Below are positions 11,895 to 25,741 of a stretch of 64,000 nt of DNA, one piece after another. The stretch covers positions 36,022,001 through 36,086,000 of the forward strand of contig CM022665.1 in assembly GCA_012295275.1 (NCBI GenBank), written 5' to 3'. The stretch is from Chrysomallon squamiferum (taxonomy: Eukaryota > Animalia > Mollusca). Position 1 is the stretch's first letter. The number at the start of each line of letters is the position of its first letter. The translations under genes were made by a program, and so were the position numbers. A model generated the notes under the pieces. The model searched no databases. It was not told where the DNA came from and saw only the letters and a program-made list of their open reading frames with translations.

Positions 11895-14068
11895 TAAAAT
11901 ATTGGTCTCACTAGATGAAATAAGAAATATCTTCGAGACGGTCGACGTTGTTAGACATACTTATTTATTTATTCATACTTGTGAATATCGATCTGTCATT
12001 TGCAATATGCAGAATTCAAAGTGTTAGGAATGTATTCGGGAGACTGGCGTCATGCACTGCTTAGAACTCCAAAAGAATCCTGTCAAGAATCCAAGAATGA
12101 CTGATTTTCTTTATGTTCGATTGATTAATTCGGTTACAGATGACAATGAATTAATAAATGAATGTTCTTTGACGTTACCAGTCTATTTTTGACGTTTAAT
12201 ATCAGTCATATCGTTATTTTCTGATACTTTTAAAATTATTTATTTTTTATTTTCATTTTTATTTATTTATTTCTTCTTTTTTTCTTTTTGGTGTTAGATG
12301 TGAGTGTTTTATGCACTGCTTCTCAGATTTAGGAAAGCATATTCACTTTCGTGGGATACTGCTTTAGAGAAAAGCCGCAGTTTAAAAGTAAATTTTCACC
12401 GTGATGGCTCAAATCAACAAACTTATTTATTTATTATCTTTAGACGTTCAAAGTAATTTAAAAAATTCATATCTCTGTCTCTCTCTAAAAAAAAAAAAAA
12501 GGAAAAAAAGAAAGAAGAAGTAAAAATAATGATGTAAGATCCTAGTCTTTTACTTTCTTTTTCTTTTTTTCCTGTTAAATTATTTTTAATTTATTATTAT
12601 TAATTTTTTAATGTTCTGGATTAAATAAGATATACTGGCAAGTTTACTTTCTATTTGCCTCCTCTAAATCAAACTACACTTTGAAGTTTTTCAAAGATCT
12701 GAAGGAAAGAGCCAAAACACAATCTCCGCTAGTGAAGTGTACTCAGTACTAGGAAAACATTTTGCGATAGAACAAGATCACGTCAGGTTAATAATGGCTG
12801 CCATTCGTGGTGCGATGGACCTGATATGTTAATATTTGCTTGTGTTCCCATCAACAGTTTCAACGTTAGAAAACGTATAGGTAGAAATATCTAAAATAAC
12901 AGAAAATCGCGAGCGCTGTTTTCAAAGCATTAAAACGAAAACCCGTATGTGAACGAGGATAAAGAACCAATTATATTAAATAACACTGCACAACGAATGA
13001 ATGTTCGAATATTAATCAGAAATGAAAACAGTTCAATACGAGACTGTGTGCTTTATATGATGATTTGTGTACAAAAATAAATGAAACTAATGAGGCGAGA
13101 TATTTTAAGTATGCTGATAAAAAAATAAGTATCATCAGCCTTGATCATCATCAGCATCATTATACTTTTATTGTCGACAGTAAAAGGTTAAAAGTCTTAA
13201 TTTCTCAATTTTTTTTATTTTTTATTATTTTTATTTTTTTCAATAAGAGAAAATCCTTCCGTTTTCAAAATATAAAACAAAATTATTTATCATAAAATGT
13301 TCATGATTTTTTTCAATAATGCTAACTTGTATGTGACAGTCCAGTCAAATATAAATGAGAGAGAGGGAGAGAGAAAGAGAGTATGGACGAAAAGATTGTT
13401 GTTAGTGCCTGTTAGAGAAATTACAGCTTCACCTTATCTGTCCCTCTCTCTCTGTCTCATTCTCTCTCTCTCTCTGTTTCTTTCTTTTATTATTTTCTCC
13501 TGTCTATTTATTTATTTATTTATTTCTGTCATGAACTACAGTATTATACTTAACCCGGTACGAGCGTTTTTGCAAACAATGTCTGGTATAATTATGTATC
13601 ATAATGTTTGATGTGCCCAGCAGATAATGTATTTTCAGTTATATGTTGTGCCTTATTGGATTAAGTGTTTGCCTGAACACGATAAATGAAGTGAATACTA
13701 AATGAGACATGTGTTAGCTGTATTGTTAGACATCTCACCATGTTTCAGCTAGGTTTGATTAAATCTCATAAATTTATTAGAAACGCACTTTGTTATATTA
13801 ATGAAAACTAATACAGATAATATTCTGGAATAAAATACGAAATTAATGTCAGTGTTTTTGTATGATTATATTTAATGAGTTTTTGTCATTGAATAATTAA
13901 GTAATATTTTTTCTTCCCCATTTAATAAATGAACTAATATATTAGAATTGTTCGATAATATATGGTTTAGTAGTAGTAGTAGTAGTAGTAGTAGCGGTTG
14001 TTGTTGTTGTTGTTGTATTAGTAATAACAATAGTAGTAATGGTGGTGTTGGTAGTAGTAATAATACTA

Positions 14069-14102
<34 letters not shown>

Positions 14103-14569
14103 GTGTGTATGTATGTACACACACATACACACATATGTACACTGTGTATTAGTGTGTTTTTTGATTAATGTTTATGTTGATACGAACTTAAGAGAGAAAC
14201 TGGTAGTTTAAAAGTAAAATTCTAAAACATTTATATTGTAAGTATAGTGTTTCAAATAAATGTTATTTGCAGTGTTCAGCTGTTTTGTCATTTTTTTAAA
14301 GAAGAAAAAATATGTGAACATTTTGTTTTCTTACTGTGAAGATTTCATTGTTACATTACAGAAAACAGGATGATACTGCAATAGATTGTTCATGCTTCAC
14401 AAGTTCCGACATTTCATGTCAGCTAATTATAGAAGCAGTCTCTAACACGCGAACTTTATCTGTTACGGTACCTGTTTCTTGCTAATCTAAACAATATTTA
14501 GAGATCTGTGCCAATAATAGCTGAATTCTCTCAGGTTTGCTAGCGGGAATCGTAATATATTTTTTCTAT

Positions 14570-14697
14570 AGATAACAGATAAGACGGAGAAATCATTGCA
14601 GTTTTCGTTTCGTATCTGAGCGCTGACAGAAAGGCTATTTCATTATACATTTTGTCACGTGATATAATTATACGAGATTATTACTTCGCGTTCATTT
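14570..14697 (+). promoter_or_regulatory. FABP-A core promoter
   Basis: Tandem AGATAA (14570, 14577), E-box GTCACGTGAT (14654-14663), TATA-like TATAATTA at 14663, Inr-like TCATTT at 14692 (~30 nt downstream), ~60 nt before the ATG. Confidence 0.6.
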
Positions 14698-14754
14698 AGC
14701 AGACGACAGAAGACCGCGGAAGACAATTTTCAGAATCGTTTTCTAGTAATAGTT

Positions 14755-14824
14755 ATGGCTCAGTTTGTTGGAAAGTGGGAGCTATTCAACAGTGAAAACT
14801 TTGAAAAATTTATGGAAGCTACTG
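14755..14824 (+). CDS. FABP: FABP-A exon 1
   Basis: MAQFVGKWELFNSENFEKFMEAT G|gtaagt. Confidence 0.94.
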
Positions 14825-17760
14825 GTAAGTAACAAAATAATTATTTTATAAAACTGAAATTAAAATTTTTGCCATCCAATTTTTATTTTATATATATATA
14901 GTTATCTTTTGTTTATGTTATTATTATGATTATTATTTCTTGACAAAAACACGACATATAGTACTTATTACCACCTCAGTACAAAACAGATCCTATTTTT
15001 ATTTAATTTTTTGTTCTTTTTGTTTCTTTATTTTTAATCATTCTAAATAAAAAATAATTTGGATAGATGTTTATCACGATACTGTGTTGGGATTACTTGG
15101 CGGAAAAAAACACCAAACAACAACAACAACAAAAAAAAAAAAAAAACAAACAAAAAAAAAAGCTAGAAAACGACAAAAAAAAAAAAAAAAAACGCCACGA
15201 TTCTTCACCATAGGAAATAAAGAAGAAAAAAAAAAAAATATGTTCTACCAGAAGACTGACTGTTTAAGAAGGCTAAAAGTTTTAAAATGAGTAGCTATAC
15301 CTTAACTAGTTCAATTATTACAACACTGTTAATACCAAGTAAAACATCGTTTAATGCTGAAAACCTAACCCGTATTTTAATATTTTAATAAGCTAAAACA
15401 CTTAGGGCTTTAAATGATAAACTTAATTAATTTTAAATGCACATGACGTAGAATAACGTTCATAAAAAAAAAGAAAAAAAAAAGGTTCTGTAACAAAAAT
15501 ATCAGCAATAGATTTGACTGTTTTATTAAACCATTTTCATATAAACACTATTTCTGTAATGGTATTTGTTTTATAAATAATTTATTAAATGAATATGGAG
15601 ACTTTTTAAAAATGCAGTACAACTTCAAATGTCCCTGAATATACCTTATACATTATTTAAATAATACTTTTTAAAATCTAATATTTTCTTTTAAGCTAAA
15701 TATTTTGCCTTAAAAATAAATTGTATATATAAGAATTATTAAAATTCCCAAAAGATAAGTCCACAAGCATAGATAAAGTTTACAAATCATGGAATTATTT
15801 GTGTCAACTGGACTAGATACGTTAACATTTCACAGCTCAAAACTGACGTCACCGAGCCGTATCACAACCGATACAAACATTATTCCAAAATTTGTTTCTC
15901 TGGATTGCCTTGCGTGCGAAATTTTGTATGGTTTTTCTGTGCTGTTTTGCTTGAATAGGACCGACTTGCATACTCTGTTCTTTTGTGGAAAATGATCGAT
16001 TTTACTGTGTTTATTCAAACAAATTTTTAGATATCGGATTACAGTCTGATACAGCGAAAAATGTACCGACGATAATGTGCTCCAGACCATCCCGGGAAAA
16101 ATGCACCTGATAGTGACCGCGTAAACTTTCTCAACTTGACGTCAGGGGTCCGGAATAACAGAATTTGATTGGCTTAAAGCAGCTTTTACTTAACCCTCAA
16201 AGAGTTAGACAAGTCGAAATATTTATATTCATACCTACTAGAATTAGAATTAGAATTAGAATAACTTTCGTTTGACTTACACCCCGACACTGTATCTCAG
16301 ACCTCTGAAAAATCACTGACAGAATACATGACTAATAAAGTATAATAAGAACCAGTTGGCGGGGGGGGGGCACAAATATCTATCTATCTATCTCTCTATG
16401 TATATGTCTGTCTATGTGTATATAAACTATTTTATTATTTAAATATTTATTTATTTCTATCTCAAAAACACCACTCCAAATCTAATAACTCTAATCGTCA
16501 CTATACACATGTGATTCAATTTTGTCATCCTATTTTTACTAATACAGTTCAATTATTATTAACCAGTCCATTGTTAATAATTTAATTTTCGATTAATTGA
16601 AATATTAATGGAAATTATTGACTAACCACAGAACATTGTTATTAAGTGCGCGACCGAACCACGTAACGTAATTGATTTAGTTCGGTCTATTTTTTTTTTT
16701 TTTTTTTTTCTTTTTTTCTTTTTTTATTGAACATGCACTGTTAGTAGGGCAACAAACTCTGATTGGATACACATACTTGACTGTAACGTTTCTTTCAGGT
16801 ATTATGTGGAAGATTCTGTCTTAGATTTTTAATGGTGTGTATAATTAACCTTCATTAAAAAAATAAATAAAAATAAAACAGGGATTTCTATCCCTAGTAT
16901 TTAATTAATCATTTCAGAGTTGCATGTTGTATGTTCTCATGTTTTTACGTTAAGGACCAAATTTAAAATAACCTTCTAGAATCAATACTTTGTTTTTAAT
17001 CCATGTTGATAAAGTAACTGATTGTCTTAGCATTTTTTATTTATTTATTTTAATTTATTTTACACCTGACTCTACCTCCATAAACACTTTGTATCTTGAC
17101 TCAGTATTTTTCGTCGCTAATTTTCTTTTCATGCGTCTGCTTTCTGGCTCGAGACCTGTTATGCCCCGACTGCTGTGTTCTCAGCCAGACTGCTTGGATA
17201 AATGAAAGCAGAACTTTTATTATCAATCAGTGTGTCTATTCAACGGTCCCCCTCAGTTAATGGGTTCTTTACCAGATTCCTCGGGCTTTGATTAACTGCT
17301 ATTAATATAGCAGTTTGAAAATTCACTCACAGTAAATCATAATGCTGGAATAGACAAGATCATCGCTGACGAACTGTCCAGAGAATAAACATTCTTAGGC
17401 CGTTTTGAATATTAATGTGATGTACCTCAGTATATGTTTTTATTTATGTATGTTAATTATTTTAAAATTTCCTTTGTTCAGGTAGCGTAAATTTTCTTAA
17501 AAGACGGAGGGTTTGAGACGAAGATAAATAGTCTCGTCTTTGTTTTTGCGTTTAAGTCGGATATCTGTGAAAGTGTTTTTCATTAGATACATTTCTTTTC
17601 TATATCCAACTATAGATAACATTATTAAAATAATAAATTTTATATGTATATAGACCTAAGATTCTCTATTTCTAAATATAAAACAGTAATAAATATTTAA
17701 AAAAACAACAAAAAAACATTTGTCTACCAAATGTATACGCGCAACAAAGAAAATTCGAGG

Positions 17761-17831
<71 letters not shown>

Positions 17832-19313
17832 AATAAAAATAAAAATCAACAACGAAAATAAACAAGATCAATGGAGAGAATTTTGAAACTCTGGCCTTGC
17901 TTTGATAAGCGTTTGGCACCGGTAAGATACTTTTCTACCTTGTTTTGGTAGCGTCATTATGCGTTGTAATCTGTTCGATATATATATATATATATATATA
18001 TAATTATAACTTGAAGCTTATAGTAACATAATTATCCTGATAAAAATGTCAAGAATTAGAGATAAAGAAAAATACGGTATTTATTAGTCGGATTAAAGTG
18101 AAAAACTTTGATTGTGTATTTCACTTACACACACGCACATTGCAACAAAAAAACAACAAAAAAGCCCCTACCCCCCCAAAAAACCCAACTAACTAAAACC
18201 TTCCTTACTAACAAATACAACATATATCAAAAACCTATTATTCGTTCCAGTATAGGTAATTCAGTTATATCCTTAGTAATACAGTTTTCTATATAATCTG
18301 GCTATTTATCTTGTTTTATAACTATTTTTTTCTTCGTGTTAATGACTGCAAAGGGTATCTGATCACAAACAAATGACTTTTTTGCGCGGCGGGGATTCGT
18401 TTGATTAAATAAAGTAGCGTGATTAAGAAATCTTGTTATTTTCTTTTCTTGATGACCTCTTATAATATAATGTTTCATGTCCAAACACTGAATCGAATTA
18501 CTGCAGCTGAATAAGATTAGTCATTATTTCAAGTGTGAAAAAAGTCCATAATTAGAATTAGATTGAACAACATCTTCGCAAACAGAGGAAACCGCGAGAC
18601 GCTGTGCGTTCATTCAGAAGTTAATCAAAATAAATAAATAAATAAATAAATATAAAGGATGAAAAATGATAATATGCAGCATTTCAGGAATATCTTTTCT
18701 TCTGACACACCGTTGCTTAGCCTTTAAGGTAGGACAACATTTTCCAATAAAATCACCACTCTGTTGTATAATGAAAAAAACATTTCTGACTTAGTAACAC
18801 TCTAAATATAATCGGTAATTTTTTTTATGTAATTTCAATTATTTATTCTTTCTCTAGAATCGCAATGGTATTATTTCATTGTTCAAATGTAAAATACTTT
18901 CATTGACTGAGTGCTTGTCGTTATCTGAAAGGCTACTGAGTCTGAAAATTTTTGAGAAAAAAGTTCATAATTGCAGTTCGGAAGAAGATGAAGGAGCAAA
19001 TATTGATAAACATTATCACTTGATTCACAACAAGTAAGTTTCATCATAAGGCTGCGAGAAATCGATAATATCCTATGAAAGTCAACATACATTTCCACTT
19101 AGCAATTTCAGAAGAGATTACCCGGGTTTATGAATACTGCATAATATGTAATATTCAAAACGATACTATGGGCTTACTTCATACGTGTCAAAATATTTAT
19201 ATATTTTTATTGGAAAAATATACAGTAACACTGCAGGCAAAATGCGGTATGAAAACGCATTTTACATACACAAAAACGTGCACAGATAAGCACCCAGTCA
19301 TATACACAAGTAT

Positions 19314-19344
<31 letters not shown>

Positions 19345-21116
19345 TATTATTTACTTACTGTTATTTCCAGGAGTTAGTCCGGAAAATATTAAAAAGGCCG
19401 CCCAGGCCCTAACGGCGTCTGCTAAGCTAACTCAAGAAATATCTAACTCGGGTGGCGAATGGAAAATCAAAGTAATCACTAACGCAGGCGAGAAGGCCGA
19501 TATTTTCAAACCAGGGGAAGAAATTTCAACCGCCACACTGGACGGACGACCAGTCAAGGTAGGGTTAACAAATAAATATATTGATCTTTTAAAGGGTCGC
19601 TGATTGTAGCTTAGGACTACTCAGAATAGTAATGGTTTATTCTGTTTACAGTTTCAAAACATGATATCATTTATCCATCTATTTGCATTTCATCGATGAA
19701 CTTGCTTTTTATTATAATTATGAATGTAATAGAATTCATTCTATATATTATAAGGCAAACTAATTTATATTAATTATAAAACTTAACCTATTGTCTACAA
19801 TTCATTCTATATATATATGTATATATATCATAAGACAAATTCATTTTTATTAATTATAAAATTCAACCTATTATCTACATTTTGATGTAAATCTGATAAC
19901 TGTAAATGGAATTGTTTTGTTTGTTTGTTTGTTTGGTTTTTGTTGTTGTTGATGTTTGTCAATATACTTACTGTTAACCTGCACTTTCATTTCAGGCAAA
20001 ATTACATCTAGAAGGTGATAAACTGATAACAAATTATAAAGGAGACAACTTTGAGATGAGCCATGTCAGAACCACTTCTGGAAATGAAATGACAATGGTG
20101 AGTGTCATGTATTATAAAGACATAATATGAAAATCGTCGTATCATATAAGCATATCAAATATGCTGATCATATGAAATAATTTTACCATATAGTCATATC
20201 AAATCACAGTATCACAGCTATATCAAAATTATGATAATATCACTTTGCCGAATCAAATCATCATATATCCATATCAAATGAACGCAGCATATAGCCATAT
20301 CGACTGTAGGACAGTTGCCCCCCGGATATTCGCTCCCCAGATAATTGCCCCCCATTTTTTCTTCCAATAATGATTTTCAAGCATGACGACATATATACAT
20401 GTATAAGGACAAGTTTTTTTAATACTTCAAAAAATAATAGACCTCGTGTAAAATGAAATTCAGAGAAGTCTGCCCATAGTTCTCTAGTAAAGCTCTGTAC
20501 AGCAACAGTTCATTCACAAATACAGTCTCAACAATAACCATAAGGAACTTCTTACAAGAGTTCATTAACACTTACCAGTTTTCACATTTTGATGATAGGT
20601 GATGTTTTGTAAAATGTTTTAGCGGATCAAAGTAATCCATGTTTAATTAGTAATTAGCTGAATCTAGTTAGCTTTGACTAATTTACTGGAATTAGTAATC
20701 CAAATTCTTTTAATCAAGTTTAATGTAACACACTTTGACTAATTTATTGGAATGTTGCTTGAAAATCATTCTGAATGGTACATTTGAAGAAAAATGGGGG
20801 GGAGGAGCAGTTGTCCTGGGGGCAGTTGTCTGGGTGCAGTTGTCTGGGGGGCAGTAGTTCGGGGGGGGGGGCAATTGTTCTGATACCAGCAAAATCAAAT
20901 CACCATTTCATATAGCCATACGAAATCATGATATCATACAGCCATACTGAATCAATATATCTTATATTTAACGTATTATGTTACCAGTTACTGGATTTGG
21001 AATGTTTAAAACGTGTGTGAAACGGAATAATTATATATATATTTATTAATTTATTTATTCAGGTGATGACTGGAAATGGAGTTTCGTGCACCAGGAAATA
21101 TAAAAAAATTAATTAA
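14755..21116 (+). CDS. FABP: Fatty-acid-binding protein FABP-A (intracellular lipid-binding family), 4 exons, 137 aa
   Basis: Exons 14755-14824, 19371-19558, 19996-20097, 21063-21116 with phases 1,0,0. MAQFVGKWELFNSENFEKFMEATG...FKPGEE..TLDGR..K...HVR...GVSCTRKYKKIN*. GxW motif and R...RxY carboxylate-binding residues present; canonical FABP intron positions. Confidence 0.95.
19371..19558 (+). CDS. FABP: FABP-A exon 2
   Basis: ttccag|GVSPENIKK...TLDGRPVK|gtaggg. Confidence 0.94.
19996..20097 (+). CDS. FABP: FABP-A exon 3
   Basis: tttcag|AKLHLEGDKL...HVRTTSGNEMTM|gtgagt, 102 nt. Confidence 0.94.
20302..20887. mobile_element. MITE-like element in FABP-A intron 3
   Basis: Inverted GC-rich ends built of repeated (g)gacagttgcccc / ggggcagttgtc units; inner inverted match aatgattttcaagca / tgcttgaaaatcatt; no ORF. 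Confidence 0.75.
21063..21116 (+). CDS. FABP: FABP-A exon 4
   Basis: ttcag|VMTGNGVSCTRKYKKIN*. Confidence 0.93.
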   Translation: MMTGNGVSCTRKYKKIN

Positions 21117-22232
21117 GGACCAAGAAGAAAAAAACAAAAAAAAAAGAAAAAAAAAAAAAAACACAAACACACACACATATATATATATAAAATATATTAT
21201 ATATTATATATATAATAAAAAATAAAATCCCAAAACAGTGAACAAAAGAAAAAACAACAACAACAAGATAATATCTTGAATATTTTTTACCTATCTCTGT
21301 TTTACAGTTTTACTTTAATTTGTTATATATTCTTGTTCGTTTTATTTTTTATTTTTTCATATTATAATGGTACATTGAACTAATTGTCTGACTGACTGCT
21401 GATTTAAAACTCAATAATAAAAATAAATAAATAAATAAATAAAATTATATTTAATTATGGAATAAAGAACAAATAAAAAAAGAAAAAGAAAGAAAATCTA
21501 AGAAACTGCTAACTTGTGGATATATTATGAATAATTTCAGTTTATATTTGGTGATAGTAATAGAGGTAGCCAAATGAGATTTAACTCCTATGATAGTTCC
21601 AAAAGGTCTGAAGAAGGACCAGACAAGCCAAATTCATAAATAATAGTATAAAAAAAAAATAATAGAAAAGATTTTTACTATTTTTTAATTTTTTTTTTTT
21701 TTATTAAATTAAAATCGATTAATCTCTAAGATTCAAATTAGCACATAATCTCACTTTTAAGATTCCGAATACATTCTAAAATCTAAATGAACACTTTCTA
21801 TCGGTAAAATCCAATTAATTTCATATTGAAATATCAGTAACATTATTTATTTATAAATGCGTTTTTGTTTTACTTTTTTCCTTTTTCCTTTTTAGGTTTA
21901 ATGTAAATTTCATGTTTAGACTTCTATTTACATTAGTTAATTGATACATATTCATTGTTTAATGCTCAAAATCAGTAATAAAACGTATTTCATTTCATTT
22001 TCATTTTGCATAATCTTTTATAAGAATATCAAGACAGGAAATGCTCTGCTGGGAAACGTACATATGTACAAACATAAATATGCCGTCAAGCATACACATA
22101 TATTCATGAATAAATACACACGCAAAGAAATATATCAACATACAAAAGCGTGCATATATACATATACAAATACAAAAAGTAAAGTTCAGCACTCGTGATG
22201 GGTCCAATAACTAATCAGTCTCCGATTCCACG

Positions 22233-22331
22233 TTAGCGAATCCCAAACCCATCATTCACTGTGTTGTCGTCAGCTTTCGTCTGAGCTCTGTTATATCGTC
22301 TGACTGCCACAACATCATCACATGTGAGTGT
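22233..22331 (-). CDS. FABP: FABP-B exon 4
   Basis: ttcttag|TLTCDDVVAVRRYNRAQTKADDNTVNDGFGIR*. Confidence 0.9.
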   Translation of the reverse strand, partial: TLTCDDVVAVRRYNRAQTKADDNTVNDGFGIR

Positions 22332-23431
22332 CTAAGAAAGAAAAACAACATAACTGGAAATGTACATTCTCCATACTCACGTTAGAATATAGTTTAACAA
22401 AGAAAGACAACTGACAATATAATACTCAAACCTAAGATTAACTCACACTTCTTAGTGCTGTTTGTGAGAAAAACATTTTTTTTTTTTTTTGAAAACATTC
22501 CCTCCGTCTGAACTTGCGTTCATTAAAGAGACTAAATAATATGACTTGGATATTTTGAAATGAAAAAGACAACTATATGTACATACGAGTATCATTTTGT
22601 TGTCGACGATTTTCCTGACGTGTTTGACAGCAAAACCGTCTCCATATGCATGTCGAATTAATGTATCACCATCAAGAGTTAGAGTAGCCTGAAATTAAAA
22701 ATGTAAAAACAAAAGTAAGAGAAACAGTTAACACAAGGCTTGTGTACCGACTATTAATACACGTATTCTCCAATCTATTTCTAATGCTTTAATAATAAAA
22801 TCGAATTAAAACGCTTTTTATATACTTATCGGTTTTTCGCTAAGGGCCTTTTTAAAAAAATAACATACATTTTTATATACATTTTCTTTTTCTTTACTTT
22901 TTTTTTTTCACTGTTTTCTTTCTTTCTTTCTTTAATTATTTTCTTAGGAAATGGTTGGGTTCAGAAAATGAAACTTTTCCATTACAAACATATTGTTAAC
23001 TGGTACTAAACAGAATGCTATACTAACAGTGAGAGGTCTTTTATCTAATGTTGTAGTCGGCGTAGGGACATCAAGGGAGAAAACTACTGGCCGAGCACCA
23101 AAAACTGTGTGATTAACAAAAGTCCATTTATCTCCCTCGTGAAATATTTCTAATGTTGTACTTTCAACTGTAGCCATCGCCTTCAGAATGCTTTCTTCGG
23201 TACATCCTTAAAAAAAAAAAAAAATAATAATAACAATAATAATAATAATAATAAAAAAACAACAACATAATAATAATAAAAATAAAAAATAAAAATGAAA
23301 AAAAACCACATTTATGTAAATAAAATAAAAAGAAATAGAAATGCGAATTAATCAAAACATAAATTTGAGTAGTCTTTGTAATTATCACTAAACATGAGTA
23401 ATTTGCTGTGATGCTTATTTTTGTATGTATA

Positions 23432-23478
<47 letters not shown>

Positions 23479-24081
23479 ATATATATATATTTGTATTATT
23501 TAAATTTCTTCTAATACTATAATGTAATTACATTGTAAAGCTACGTTTTCGCAGAAATACACTTTCCTTTTGTCAATTCACTCTCATTCATCCACGCCTC
23601 CATTTAAAAATAAACTGTATTATTACAGAGGTGTTCAGGTGTTGCAGAGAAAGAAGATGACAGCGAATTAGGAGAAAATGTTATTGGTAGAAACTGATAC
23701 GGTCAGGCTTGGGAAAAGACGTGTAGCAAGTCGTCCAGCATTTGTACCGTTTTCTCTACCCTGTTTATAATTGTAAAGGCATCACCCAGATTAACAGACC
23801 GTTTGAATAATTTTTAAAAATATATCTTGAATATCAAAGTCCATTTGTTCAAATCATGCTTATTTTAACCTAGATATGTGTTTGTATGTATGTATGTATG
23901 TATGTTTGTATGTATGTATGTATGTATGTATGTATGTATGTATGTATGTATGTATGTATGTATGTATGTATATGTGTGTGTGTGTGTGTGGGACTGTGTA
24001 TGTATCTATGTATGTATGTATGTATCTATGTATGTATGTATGTATGTATCTATGTATGTATGTATGTATCATGTATGTATG

Positions 24082-24115
<34 letters not shown>

Positions 24116-24996
24116 TCTATGTATGTATGTATATATGTATGTATGTATCTATGTATGTATGTATGTATGTATCTATGTATGTATGTATGTATCTATGTAT
24201 GTATGTATGTATCTATGTATGTATGTATGTACGTATGTATGTATGTATGTATGTATGTACGTACGTACGTATGTATCTATGTATGTATGTATGTATGTAT
24301 CTATGTATCTATGTATGTATGTATGCATGTATGTATGTATGTAATGTTTTTCTTTTATTATTGGGGTCCCTTTTTGTGGACCCTGGTTCAGGGGCACTAC
24401 GTGCAGTTTTGCGCCATAACTGAGATCAGATAAATACGGCAATGGAAAGTTTCTGTTGTACACCTTTCTCTTGGTACTTTAAGCACATACTTACTTCGCT
24501 TAATGGCTAATCCAGCCCCGGTACCAGTATGTAACTCATTTGTACGTAACGACCAAAACGTCTTGTAAACAATGAAAAAAAAAAAAAAAAAAAAAAAATA
24601 AAGTAAAATATAAAATAAAATAAAAAAGAACAGAGGAAGTAAAGGTGAAGCTATAGCTGCTAAAGAAAAGAAATTACGTTGGCAAAGAAGTGACAAATCA
24701 TGCACCAAGTATACATTTTAGCACGATTTGTCACCCGGTAGGGTGAACCATATTTAATAGCGTCGGGGGCACAAATCATTACACAGAAACAATATTTTTT
24801 CACGATGTATCATATGGGTGAAAAATCTGACATAACAGTGTCTGTTGAGAAGTTTTATTTTTCAAAGTTTGTAAATATATAAACTAATAAAATTATTACG
24901 GTATACAATTTACACTTACTCACCGGTTTTTTTCATAAGTACCTCGAAATTTTCCGATGCGTAGAGCTCCCATTTACCATCAAATTTATCAACCAT
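22233..24996 (-). CDS. FABP: Fatty-acid-binding protein FABP-B (divergent paralog), 4 exons, 150 aa
   Basis: Exons 24996-24924, 23206-23028, 22688-22587, 22331-22233. MVDKFDGKWELYASENFEVLMKKTG...TTLDKRPLT|ATLTLDGDTL...HVRK...|TLTCDDVVAVRRYNRAQ...GIR*. Same intron phases as FABP-A. Confidence 0.93.
22587..22688 (-). CDS. FABP: FABP-B exon 3
   Basis: tttcag|ATLTLDGDTL...HVRKIVDNKMIL|gtatgt, 102 nt. Confidence 0.92.
23028..23206 (-). CDS. FABP: FABP-B exon 2
   Basis: poly-T taag|GCTEESILK...TLDKRPLT|gttagt. Confidence 0.91.
23876..24342. repeat. (TATG)n microsatellite in FABP-B intron 1
   Basis: ~465 bp of TATG with TATC and TACG variants. Confidence 0.97.
24924..24996 (-). CDS. FABP: FABP-B exon 1
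   Basis: MVDKFDGKWELYASENFEVLMKKT G|gtgagt, 73 nt. Confidence 0.93.
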
Positions 24997-25042
24997 ATTT
25001 TTGTTCTTTTAATAAAGCGATTCGCTTTCGACTTTCTCTTTT

Positions 25043-25078
25043 CTATGACGTTAAACAATTACTACGATTCATTTTATA
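25043..25078 (-). promoter_or_regulatory. FABP-B core promoter
   Basis: TATAAAA on - strand (25078-25072) with an Inr-like TCAT ~32 nt downstream, ~50 nt before the ATG. Confidence 0.55.
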
Positions 25079-25310
25079 AGATTCTGTTAGTAAAATGGGA
25101 AGATTGGTTTCACTTCGTGGGAATTATAAACTGTCAGAAACTAGTAACTAATACTTAAGACAATACTTCGAAATCTTGTTATACATGCTTGGCCAGTGAC
25201 CTTTTCCTGGAATCCAATCTTTGTAAATACGATCGGATAACAATTCTAGGAATGGTGCCAGCACTTCAGTTTGTGAAATAGCATAGAGTTCAGGATACAT
25301 CACTCTTCAC

Positions 25311-25409
<99 letters not shown>

Positions 25410-25650
25410 AAATAAAAATGATAAATATTGCTGATTCTGCTACTACTACTACTACTACTATTAATAATAATAATAAATAAATAAATAAATAAAAATAAAA
25501 ATGATAAATATTGCTGCTACTACTACTACTACTACTACTGCACTACTGCTACTATCACTATTACTACTATTAATAATAATAATAATAAATAAATAAATAA
25601 AAATAAAAATGATAAATATTGCTGATTCTGCTGCTACTACTACTACTACT

Positions 25651-25739
<89 letters not shown>

Positions 25740-25741
25740 TA
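25311..25741. repeat. Compound (AAT)n/(AAAT)n/(CTA)n array with a triplicated core
   Basis: aaaataaaaatgataaatattgctg occurs three times between microsatellite runs. Confidence 0.9.

Noticed and set aside
21606-21636. Hammerhead ribozyme core (CTGAAGA...), also CTGATGA at 8818 and CTGACGA near 17366
   Set aside because: None has a proper stem II followed by GAAA and a closing cleavage-site helix
23600-23761. Alternative exon in FABP-B intron 1 after an aaacag acceptor
   Set aside because: Stop codon immediately in the required phase, weak acceptor, no FABP similarity
23860-24463. Long overlapping ORFs (YVCM / HTYI repeats)
   Set aside because: Translations of the (TATG)n microsatellite inside FABP-B intron 1
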